From NCBI GenBank assembly GCA_963790465.1, contig CAWBOP010000025.1:40913-104912 (forward strand): a stretch of 64,000 bases of DNA, read 5' to 3'. The translations under genes were made by a program, and so were the position numbers. Below are positions 53,145 to 61,237 of the stretch, piece by piece. Origin of the DNA: Terriglobia bacterium (GTDB lineage Bacteria; Acidobacteriota; Polarisedimenticolia; Polarisedimenticolales; JAIQFR01). Every line of letters starts with the position of its first letter. Position 1 is the first letter of the stretch. The notes beneath the pieces are model-generated. The model did no database searches. It saw nothing but the letters and a program-made list of their open reading frames with translations, and was not told the DNA's origin.

Positions 53145-55121
53145 ATGCTCGAAATAGTGTATCCGGGCGACTGGCAGACCGTCGGGGCGCGCCCCGACAT
53201 ATCGATCCGCGGCGAGGATCCCGCGCACGGATTGGAAGTGTTCATCGTCGGCCGGGACGATTTTCAGCAACGCGGAGCCCAGGATGCATGCGCGCTGGCG
53301 CAAGTGCCCCTCGTGCGCGGCGCGCAGCTGATGGGCGGGCAACCGGATCGTCCGCTGCCCGACGGCTTGTACGTGATTTGCTTGCGGGATCCGGACACCC
53401 GCAAGGTCTTCGGTGTTTCCGGGATCATCGTCGACGCGCGGGTCGATCGATGGGCGAGCCGGTTCGGCGGCATGCTGGAAGACCGCCTGCGGCGCCGGTC
53501 GACGCAGGAATCGCTTCCCCACCCGGCCGACGGGAAGGCGCCGCTCTTCTCCGTCATCACCACCGTCTACAACACGGATCCCCTGTTTTTCGACCCCCTG
53601 GTCCGGATGATCGTGGGGCAGACGTTCGGCGATTTCGAATGGCTTCTGCTGGATAACGGCTCCGAGCGCGACGAAACCGTTCGTGCCGTCGAGAAAGCCG
53701 CACGCGCCGATGCGCGCATCAAGCGCTTTCGAGTCGAGAAGAACCTTCACATCATCGGTGGCAATCGTTTTCTTCTGGAGAAGGCGAGTGGCCGCTATGT
53801 CGTTCCCGTCGACTCCGATGACCTCCTGTACCCGGATGCCCTGGAGATCGTTGCACGGCCATGCCTGTCCCCGGAGGCGGCCGACGTCTATTACAGCGAC
53901 GAGCAGAAGGTCACGCCGCTCGGCGCGCCCGCCGAACTCGTCTGGCGTCCTTCCTGGTCGCGGCTGTACGCCACGGCGACCTGCCCCGCGGCTCACTTGA
54001 TGGCGTACCGGCGGGATCTGGGGCTGGCGGCCGGAGCCTACACCGGAGAGTACGCCCGGGGCAGTCACGACTGGGACACGGTGCTGAGGCTGGTGGACGC
54101 CGGCGCGAGACCCGTTCGCATTCAGGAGGTTCTCTACGGATGGCGCATGCATCCCGAATCGTCAGCGCTGAGCGCGGGCTCCAAGGATTATCTCGCGTCG
54201 TCCCAGAAGGAGGTCCTGCGACAAAGCTTGCGCAGGCGCGGGCTGGACCGGCTGTTCACGCTCGACCACGCCCAGGGCGAGTTGAGCTACTACCACTTCG
54301 TTCGCAAGCAGGAAGCGCCGAGATCGCTTGCGGTGGATTTCGTCCTCCGGCCGCCGTTCGCCGAGCAGTGGGCGAACCTCCGGCACAATCTCCGGCGGCT
54401 CGACTATCCCGTCCAGCGCGTTCGAGTGCTCCAGTGCGGCGTATCCAAGGCCGGCCAATGGTTCGATCGGCTCCGAAGCGGGGGCTGGTCTCCGGAGTGG
54501 GTTGCGGTGAACGATGAGCGCGGGCTCGGCGCGGCGGTATCCGACCTGCCGGACGGTGTTTTCGCCAAGGCGGTGATCGACTGCGATCACCGGATCGCCG
54601 ATTCCGGTTGGGCATGGGACGCGATCGGTACGCTGGAACTGGACTCCGAGAGCGGCATCGTGACCGGTCCGATCGTGAACGGCAACGCCGAGATCGCGTC
54701 CATCGGCTATTTTGCGGGGCTCGACGGGTTTCTGGGTACGCCCTGTCCGGGACGGCGGCTGGAAACCGCCTACGGCGCCATCGGGTTCATTCGCCGACAT
54801 GTCACGGCTGCCCATTCGGGATTCATGGTGATCCGGGGAGACGTGATCCGACAGTGCGGCGGCCCGATCTCCGTTGACGGAGGGGACGCGCTGTACGGCA
54901 TCGAATTCTGCCTGCGCTGTCTCGATCGGGGGGTCCGGACCGCTTACACTCCCCGCATGTCGGCCGTCCGGCACCAGTCGTTCGTTTTTCCGGTGGGTTC
55001 GAGCGACGTGCCGTTGCGGGAAAGCCTCGCGGCGCGCTACGGCGGCCGCATCGCGGTGGATCCTTACTACTCACGGTACCTGGTGGCGGACAGCCGTCAT
55101 TTCGCTGAGATTCAATTCTGA
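53145..55121 (+). CDS. multidomain GT2-family glycosyltransferase
   Basis: FSVITTVYNTDPLFFDPLVRMIVGQTFGDFEWLLLDNGS...VDSDDLLYPDAL (GT-A DxD) and a second GT-like C-terminal half. Confidence 0.8.
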   Translation: MLEIVYPGDWQTVGARPDISIRGEDPAHGLEVFIVGRDDFQQRGAQDACALAQVPLVRGAQLMGGQPDRPLPDGLYVICLRDPDTRKVFGVSGIIVDARVDRWASRFGGMLEDRLRRRSTQESLPHPADGKAPLFSVITTVYNTDPLFFDPLVRMIVGQTFGDFEWLLLDNGSERDETVRAVEKAARADARIKRFRVEKNLHIIGGNRFLLEKASGRYVVPVDSDDLLYPDALEIVARPCLSPEAADVYYSDEQKVTPLGAPAELVWRPSWSRLYATATCPAAHLMAYRRDLGLAAGAYTGEYARGSHDWDTVLRLVDAGARPVRIQEVLYGWRMHPESSALSAGSKDYLASSQKEVLRQSLRRRGLDRLFTLDHAQGELSYYHFVRKQEAPRSLAVDFVLRPPFAEQWANLRHNLRRLDYPVQRVRVLQCGVSKAGQWFDRLRSGGWSPEWVAVNDERGLGAAVSDLPDGVFAKAVIDCDHRIADSGWAWDAIGTLELDSESGIVTGPIVNGNAEIASIGYFAGLDGFLGTPCPGRRLETAYGAIGFIRRHVTAAHSGFMVIRGDVIRQCGGPISVDGGDALYGIEFCLRCLDRGVRTAYTPRMSAVRHQSFVFPVGSSDVPLRESLAARYGGRIAVDPYYSRYLVADSRHFAEIQF

Positions 55122-55129
55122 TTCGACGA

Positions 55130-56812
55130 TCACTTCGCCGATCGCGCCAGCACCTGGTCCACCGTGTCCCGCACCTCGGCGGCCAGTTCTCGTGCGCGGC
55201 GCAGGAGCCGGTCCTGCTCCTTGAGCAGTTCGCCGGCCACCTCGAGGTCCGTGAGATTCGGCACGTTGATCCGGACGTTCAGGGAAGCCCCCTCGGCGGC
55301 GGCGAGGGCGCAGGCGCCGGCCACTCCCGCGTCGGAGACCGAATTGGGGTTGCCGTCCTTCGCGACCGCGAGGGCCAGCTCCATCGCGCGGACGGAGCGC
55401 TCCACCACCTCGAGCGGGACGCGAGCAGCCCCCTGGTTCGCCGTCTCCATCGCGGCGAGGCGGACCGTGGCCTCGTCCGGGGTCTTCTTCGGGAGCCGCA
55501 TCGCGGCGAGCACCGCGTTGAACGCGTCCGTGTCCCGGTCCACCGCCTCGAGGAACCAGTTCTTGAGCCGTTGCCCGTCGATGCCGATCTCCTTCATCGC
55601 GGGGCGCGCCGACTCCATCCCCACCTTGGACCATGTGAGCGCCGCGACCATGCTCGAGAGCGCGGCCGAGAGCGAGCCGGCCAGCGCCGCGACGCTGCCT
55701 CCGCCGGGGGCGGGGGAGTCGCTCGACAGCTCGTCGGCGAACTCGGTCAAGCGCATCGCTTTCAACCCCTTCGGGGCGCCGCGGTACCGGTACTCGACGA
55801 TCTTCTGCTGGGCGTCGAACGGGGAGAGCTCGGCGAGGCCGAGGGAGAGAATCGCCGCGTGCACTCGCTCTCTCTCCGGCACCCCGGTCGTCTTCCCCTG
55901 CCTGGCCAGGTAGTGGTCGCCGGCGGCGAGGATCGCATCGAGCGGGATCAGGCCGACCAGCTCGCTGCCCGTCACCCGCAGGCCGCGCTTCCCGGCTTCT
56001 TCTCGCGCCGCGTCGAAGACCTGGTGGATCGGCGTGATCTTGTAGTTCGTGAAGTTGATGGAGATCTGCGCGCGGCCGTACTCCTCGATGTACCAGCCGA
56101 CGGCGCGGCACTCCTTGAAGCGGCCCGGGATGTTGACCGTCTTTCCGTCGGCGTCCTTGACGATCTTCCCGTCCGGGCCGCGCTTGGGCTTGCCGCCTTC
56201 CCGCAGCTCCTGCGCGACGGCGTGGGCTAGCTTCTTGTCCCGGGTGTTGAGGTTGAAGTTGTAGGCGATCAGGAACTCGCGGGCGCCGATCACCGTGGCG
56301 CCGCTTCGCTCGTTGAACACCGCCGGGCCGAAGTCGGGAGCGAACTCCGGGTTCTTCATCTTCTCCGGGAGCGCCTCGTACTCCCCCTTGCGGATGTCGG
56401 CGAGCGACCTGCGGCCGGGCCGGCTGGCGGCGGCCTCGTAGAGATACACCGGGAGCCCCAGCTCCTCCCCGACGCGCTTCCCGAGTTTCCGGGCGATCTC
56501 GACGCAGTCCTCCATGGTCGCGCCCTGGACCGGCACGAACGGGCAGACGTCGGTCGCGCCCATCCGCGGGTGCTCCCCCGAGTGCTTCGACATGTCGATC
56601 GACTGCGCCGCCTTGCGAATGGCGCGGAACGCCGCCTCCTCCACCGCCTCCGGCGGGCCGATGAACGTGACCACGGTGCGGTTCGTCGCCGCGCCGGCGT
56701 CCACGTCGAGGAGCAGCGCCCCCTCGGTCCCCGAGATCTCCGCGGCGATCGCGTCGATGACCGCCCGGTTCCGACCCTCGCTGAAATTGGGCACGCACTC
56801 GATGAGTTTCAT
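55130..56812 (-). CDS. ftcD: bifunctional glutamate formimidoyltransferase / formiminotetrahydrofolate cyclodeaminase
   Basis: MKLIECVPNFSEGRN..., HPRMGATDV, and the C-terminal cyclodeaminase domain SPAPGGGSVAALAGSL. Confidence 0.9.
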   Translation of the reverse strand: MKLIECVPNFSEGRNRAVIDAIAAEISGTEGALLLDVDAGAATNRTVVTFIGPPEAVEEAAFRAIRKAAQSIDMSKHSGEHPRMGATDVCPFVPVQGATMEDCVEIARKLGKRVGEELGLPVYLYEAAASRPGRRSLADIRKGEYEALPEKMKNPEFAPDFGPAVFNERSGATVIGAREFLIAYNFNLNTRDKKLAHAVAQELREGGKPKRGPDGKIVKDADGKTVNIPGRFKECRAVGWYIEEYGRAQISINFTNYKITPIHQVFDAAREEAGKRGLRVTGSELVGLIPLDAILAAGDHYLARQGKTTGVPERERVHAAILSLGLAELSPFDAQQKIVEYRYRGAPKGLKAMRLTEFADELSSDSPAPGGGSVAALAGSLSAALSSMVAALTWSKVGMESARPAMKEIGIDGQRLKNWFLEAVDRDTDAFNAVLAAMRLPKKTPDEATVRLAAMETANQGAARVPLEVVERSVRAMELALAVAKDGNPNSVSDAGVAGACALAAAEGASLNVRINVPNLTDLEVAGELLKEQDRLLRRARELAAEVRDTVDQVLARSAK

Positions 56813-56948
56813 GTCGTCTCCGGTGAATGTTTTCCCGGTGATTCTAGCAAGTGCGCTTGACTTCCGGGAGGGCGGCTGGAAAACTCGTGCAAGAAGCAGG
56901 GAGGGGGAGGAGTTGAGCCAGGAGGATCCGGGGCCGGCCATGACCCGC

Positions 56949-57998
56949 GAGGAGGCGCAGAGGCGCACCGACCGGATTCGTGCGTTCCGCGAGGAGATCC
57001 TGGAGCTGGAACGGGCGGGGGTCGCCGCGCTTCCCGCGGACACCGCCGCGTCCATACGCCGGCACCACGACCGGCTGCTCGGCGAGCTCGCCGGGCGTTT
57101 CGACGTGGACCGCAGCGAAGCGGAAAAACAGCTCTCCCTCGGGATGCGGATCGCGTCGTTCCTCGGTGCCGTCGCGCTGTCGTTCGCGGTGTACTTCTTC
57201 TTCTTCCGCTTCTGGGGGGTGATCCCGACCTGGGCGCAGGTCGCGCTGCTCGTGGCCGCCCCGGTCCTGTGCGTCGTGGGGATGGAGTTCGCCGCCCGCC
57301 GGGAGAAGACGCTCTATGTCTCCGGGATCATCGGGCTCGTGGCGGTCGCGAGCTTCGGGCTGACCCTGGGGATGCTCGGGGAGATCTTCAATCTCGGCGC
57401 ATCGCCCGACGCCTTCCTCGCCTGGGGGATCTTCGCCGGTATCCTCGCCTACACGTACGGCCTCGGGACGCTTCTCCTCGCGGCGATCCTGGCGATCACC
57501 GTGTTCCTTTCGGGGCACCTCGGAGGCCGGGGGGGGGCGTACTGGGTCTTCTTCCTGCAGCGGCCGGAGAACCTGCTCCTGCCCGGGGTGGTCCTGCTCG
57601 CCGTTCAGGCCGCGTTGCGGCACCGGTCGTGGCCGTCCTTCCCGCCGCTGTACCGCGCGACCGGCTGGCTCGCGGTCTTCGTCCCGATCCTGGTTCTCTC
57701 CGGCGTCGGGGAGGTGAGCCGGCTCGACCTCCCGTCCGACACCGTCGAGCTCTTGTATCAGCTCGTCGGTTTTCCGCTCGGAGCGGCCGCGATCTGGTTG
57801 GGGGTGCGCCGGCGCTGGGCCGAGACCACCAGCCTCGCCACCGTTTTCTTCGTCGTGCTCCTGTTCGTGAAGTTCTTCGAGTGGTGGTGGGACTGGATGC
57901 CGAAGTGGCTGTTCTTCCTGGTCCTCGGCGCGGTCGCCGTCGGCATCCTGCTGCTGCTGCGCCGGCTGCACGGCGCGAAGAGCGGGAGGATGCGATGA
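56949..57998 (+). CDS. polytopic membrane protein (DUF2157-like?)
   Basis: N-terminal soluble helix followed by about 9 TM segments. Family uncertain. Confidence 0.6.
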   Translation, partial: EEAQRRTDRIRAFREEILELERAGVAALPADTAASIRRHHDRLLGELAGRFDVDRSEAEKQLSLGMRIASFLGAVALSFAVYFFFFRFWGVIPTWAQVALLVAAPVLCVVGMEFAARREKTLYVSGIIGLVAVASFGLTLGMLGEIFNLGASPDAFLAWGIFAGILAYTYGLGTLLLAAILAITVFLSGHLGGRGGAYWVFFLQRPENLLLPGVVLLAVQAALRHRSWPSFPPLYRATGWLAVFVPILVLSGVGEVSRLDLPSDTVELLYQLVGFPLGAAAIWLGVRRRWAETTSLATVFFVVLLFVKFFEWWWDWMPKWLFFLVLGAVAVGILLLLRRLHGAKSGRMR

Positions 57999-58882
57999 GG
58001 CGCCGGGGTCCGCTGATCGCGATCGTCTGGGTGCTCGCCGGCAGCGCGGTCGCGCTCTTCGGCGTCGCGAGGAATCGCTCCGGCGTGCCGGACGCGGAAG
58101 TCGTGCTCACGGAACGGGAGCTCGCCCTTCCGGCGCCGACGGACGAGGAGAACAGCGCCCTGTCGCTCCGTCTCGTCTGGTCGGGGCCGCGTTACGGGGC
58201 GACCGAGGCGGCTCCGTGGCTCGATCGCGCGAAGCTCGAGAGCCTTGGATTCGATTGCAGCTATCCCACCGGCGCCCCGTCGGCCGAGGAGCACTATGGC
58301 CGCGCGATTCCGAGGAGCGCGGTCCTGGTGTTCGAGTACGAGGGGGAAGCCTGGAAACGCGGGCTCGAGGCGACGGCGCGCGACACCGACGACAAGCTCG
58401 CCAAGCTCGACGGGATAGCGGACTCCGCCGCGCGGGAAAAACAGGCGGCGGACCTTCGCCGGGCGCGCGACGGGGCGCGCACGTTCGAGACGCGCCTCGT
58501 CGCCGTGGACGCCGGGCTCGATCCCGCGGAGTTGCGGAAGAAGTACCCCGACCGGTCGCGATATGTCCTGATGCGCGGCGTCGTGAGCGTGCGGATCGCA
58601 CCGGAAGCCGGGAAGAAGGTCGGGGTGCGGCAGGAACTCCGAGGGGTGGTGGGCTCGCTCTTCGTGGAAGCTCTCCACGTTCCGCCCGGGCAACGGGAGC
58701 TTTTCGATTCGCTGATGAAGGACGGCCGCAAGGCGCCGGTGGCCGCCGCCGTGGCCGCCGGCGAGGATCACGTTCCCCGCGCGTGTCCGTCGCGGTCGGC
58801 CCCCCCGCGTTACCAGGTTCGCGTCCGCTGGGGAAGTCGCCTCGAGCCCTGGATCGTCGCCGTGGAGCCGATGCCGAAGTAG
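57995..58882 (+). CDS. membrane-anchored hypothetical protein, translationally coupled (ATGA) to the upstream gene
   Basis: N-terminal TM LIAIVWVLAGSAVALFGV. Family not established. Confidence 0.55.
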   Translation: MRRRGPLIAIVWVLAGSAVALFGVARNRSGVPDAEVVLTERELALPAPTDEENSALSLRLVWSGPRYGATEAAPWLDRAKLESLGFDCSYPTGAPSAEEHYGRAIPRSAVLVFEYEGEAWKRGLEATARDTDDKLAKLDGIADSAAREKQAADLRRARDGARTFETRLVAVDAGLDPAELRKKYPDRSRYVLMRGVVSVRIAPEAGKKVGVRQELRGVVGSLFVEALHVPPGQRELFDSLMKDGRKAPVAAAVAAGEDHVPRACPSRSAPPRYQVRVRWGSRLEPWIVAVEPMPK

Positions 58883-59132
58883 GGACCTCATTCCTTCCTA
58901 CTTTTCGAAGCGGTTCTCGAACTCCTGCCGGATGAGCTCCGAGCTGTCGCGCGGGAACACCGCGAGGCAAGTCGCGTCCCCCTCGACCCCCTTGCGGTCG
59001 AGGTCGCCGCTCGATCCTAGCCCGACCTCGATGCCGTCGCGCTCCTCGCGCCGGTGAGTCCTTGCCCGGGCAGCCGGTCTGGGCCAAACTGCCGGGGTCC
59101 ACGATGACGCGACAGCGCAAGGAGGACCGGCC

Positions 59133-60197
59133 GTGAGCGTACTTTTCTCTCCCCTGAAACTTCGGGACGTGGTCGTTCGCAACCGGATCTTCGTCTCCCC
59201 GATGTGCCAGTATTCGAGCCACGACGGTTTTCCCACCGACTGGCACCTGGTCCACCTCGGAAGCCGCGCCGTCGGCGGAGCGGGGCTCGTGATGGTCGAG
59301 GCGACGGCGGTCGCCCCGTGGGGGCGGATCAGCCCCGCGGATTCGGGGCTCTGGTCGGAAGCGCACGGAGAGGCGTTCACCTCCTTGACCGGCTTCTTGA
59401 GGAGCCAGGGGGCGGTGCCGGCGATCCAGCTGGCCCACGCCGGCCGAAAGGCGTCGACGCACGCGCCGTGGCGAGGGACCGGGCAGGTGAGCGAGTCCCA
59501 AGGCGGCTGGCAGCCGGTGGCGCCGAGCCCGCTCCCGTTCGCCGAAGGGGACGCGACGCCGCGGGAGCTGGCGGCGGCGGAGATCGCGTCGCTGGTGGAC
59601 CGGTTCGCCGACGCGGCGCGGTTCGCACGCCTCGGCGGGTTCGAGGCGGTCGAGATCCACATGGCGCACGGTTACCTGCTGCACCAGTTCCTGTCGCCGC
59701 TCACGAACAAGCGGACCGACGTGTACGGCGGCTCTCTCGAGAACCGGATGCGCTTCCCGCTCGAGGTCGCGAAGGCGGTGCGCGACGGGTGGCCGGCGCA
59801 CCTGCCGGTCTTCGCGAGGATCTCCTGCACCGACTGGGTCGAGGGAGGCTGGGACCTCCCGCAGACGATGGAGCTCGTGCGACGGCTCGCGGCGATCGGC
59901 ATCGACCTCGTGGACTGCTCGGGCGGCGGCGCGGTGCCGCACCTGAAGATCCCCGTGGGGCCGGGTTTCCAGGTGCCGTTCGCGGCGGCGATCCGCAAGG
60001 AGGCCGCGATCGCGACCGGCGCGGTGGGGTTCATCACGGAGCCCGAGCAGGCCGAGGAGATCGTCGCCTCGGGGAAGGCCGACGCGGTGTTCCTCGCGCG
60101 GCAGTTCCTCCGCGATCCGTACTGGCCGCTCCATGCTGCCAAAGCGCTCGGCGTCGAGGTCGCCTGGCCGGTGCAGTACGAGCGGGGGAAGGTGTAG
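59133..60197 (+). CDS. NADH:flavin oxidoreductase, Old Yellow Enzyme family (YqjM/NamA-like)
   Basis: PLKLRDVVVRNRIFVSPMCQYSS..GFPTDWHLVHLGSRAVGGAGLVMVEATAV and HMAHGYLLHQFLSPLTN. RBS AAGGAGGA. Confidence 0.9.
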   Translation: MSVLFSPLKLRDVVVRNRIFVSPMCQYSSHDGFPTDWHLVHLGSRAVGGAGLVMVEATAVAPWGRISPADSGLWSEAHGEAFTSLTGFLRSQGAVPAIQLAHAGRKASTHAPWRGTGQVSESQGGWQPVAPSPLPFAEGDATPRELAAAEIASLVDRFADAARFARLGGFEAVEIHMAHGYLLHQFLSPLTNKRTDVYGGSLENRMRFPLEVAKAVRDGWPAHLPVFARISCTDWVEGGWDLPQTMELVRRLAAIGIDLVDCSGGGAVPHLKIPVGPGFQVPFAAAIRKEAAIATGAVGFITEPEQAEEIVASGKADAVFLARQFLRDPYWPLHAAKALGVEVAWPVQYERGKV

Positions 60198-60447
60198 GGG
60201 GGCCGGGGGCGGACCGACTCGCGTCCAGGCGACGTCAGCGGATCCACCCGAAGAGGTCAACCCACTCGCTCGCCTTGACTTCGAACTTCCCGAGGCGGAA
60301 GTAGATCACCGCCAGCAAGAGCTTCGTGCCGAGGGCGGACGCGACGAGGTTGTGCAGCGCGTTAGCACCGCCCAAGCGGACCGTACGCGGGGCCGGGGCA
60401 CGTGCGGGTCCGGGAACGCGGATGCGCCCGCGCAACCGGACTTCGCC

Positions 60448-60461
60448 CGCGAAGTTGACGG
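60448..60461 (+). repeat. 14-bp direct repeat CGCGAAGTTGACGG, copy 1 (contains the TTGACG -35)
   Basis: Exact match to 61144-61157. Confidence 0.8.
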
Positions 60462-60483
60462 ACCGTGGACCGGGCCTTACCCT
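60455..60483 (+). promoter_or_regulatory. putative promoter TTGACG-17-TACCCT; the -10 ends 6 nt before the DUF433 ATG (leaderless-type)
   Basis: Hexamers and spacing were read directly. Confidence 0.4.
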
Positions 60484-60489
60484 TCCGAC

Positions 60490-60717
60490 ATGGAATACCG
60501 ATCCCGTCTCACGATCGATCCTTCCCGACGGGGCGGGACGCCGTGTATCCGGGATCTTCGGATCACCGTCACGGACGTGCTCGAATATCTCGCCGCCGGC
60601 ATGAGCGAGGACGAGATCTTGCGCGACTTCCCCGATCTCACCCGGGAAGATATCCGCGCGTGTCTTGCCTTTGCCGCCGAACGAGAAAGACGGCTCGCCG
60701 AGCCCCGTCCGAAGTGA
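60490..60717 (+). CDS. DUF433 (COG2442) antitoxin-like protein
   Basis: GGTPCIRDLRITVTDVLEYLAAGMSEDEILRDFPDLTREDIRACLAFAA. Confidence 0.85.
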   Translation: MEYRSRLTIDPSRRGGTPCIRDLRITVTDVLEYLAAGMSEDEILRDFPDLTREDIRACLAFAAERERRLAEPRPK

Positions 60718-61046
60718 AATTGCTGCTCGACGAGAATCTCTCTCCTCGTCTCGTTTCCGCGATCGAGGACCTCTTCCCCGGCTCGGTGCACGTGCGGGAC
60801 GTCGGGTTACTCGGGCAGTCGGACGAGTCCATCTGGCGATTCGCGCGCGACCGCGGTTTCGCCGTGACCACCAAGGACTCCGATTTCGAGCAACGCGCGG
60901 TCTTCAGAGGACCACCGCCCAAGGTGGTCTGGATCCGTCTGGGCAATCGGTCGACCAACGAGGTCGCGCGAATTCTGCGCGCCTACGCCGAGGCGATTCG
61001 CCGTTTCCTGGAAGAACAGGAGACCGCAATCCTCATCCTGGATTGA
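60714..61046 (+). CDS. DUF5615 (COG4634) PIN-like/Mut7-C-type putative toxin
   Basis: VKLLLDENLSPRLV...TKDSDF. The GTGA overlaps DUF433. Confidence 0.8.
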   Translation: MKLLLDENLSPRLVSAIEDLFPGSVHVRDVGLLGQSDESIWRFARDRGFAVTTKDSDFEQRAVFRGPPPKVVWIRLGNRSTNEVARILRAYAEAIRRFLEEQETAILILD

Positions 61047-61143
61047 CCCCCTCGCGCTCGATCGGACCCGATCGTTGCCGCCTCGGCGATCCGCCCGCCT
61101 TGCGGTCAGGCGAAGCGACATCTTGTGGCCGGCAAGGAAGCGC

Positions 61144-61157
61144 GCGAAGTTGACGGT
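61144..61157 (+). repeat. 14-bp direct repeat CGCGAAGTTGACGG, copy 2
   Basis: Exact match to 60448-60461. Confidence 0.8.
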
Positions 61158-61182
61158 CACGGACCTCGGCAATCCGCGTCAT

Positions 61183-61211
61183 TGACACGCCCGAACCCGT
61201 GTCCCTATGCT
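61183..61211 (+). promoter_or_regulatory. putative glgP promoter TTGACA-17-TATGCT
   Basis: Consensus -35, 17-nt spacer and a TAnnnT -10. An RBS (GGAGGA) precedes ATG 61238. Confidence 0.4.
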
Positions 61212-61237
61212 GGGCGTCAATCTCATCGGAGGACCGC

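Noticed and set aside
58898-59100. Minus-strand reading frame ending ...GDATCLAVFPRDSSELIRQEFENRFEK*, which looks protein-like.
   Set aside because: No ATG, GTG or TTG start is available in frame before it runs into the antisense of the OYE gene. It is possibly a gene remnant and cannot be supported as a CDS.
60235-60435. 66-aa minus-strand ORF with a hydrophobic C-terminus (LLLAVIYFRLGKFEVKASEWVDLFGWIR).
   Set aside because: It has no recognisable family. The N-terminal half is Arg/Pro/Ala shadow-like. It could be the 3' fragment of a lost membrane-protein gene. The evidence is insufficient.
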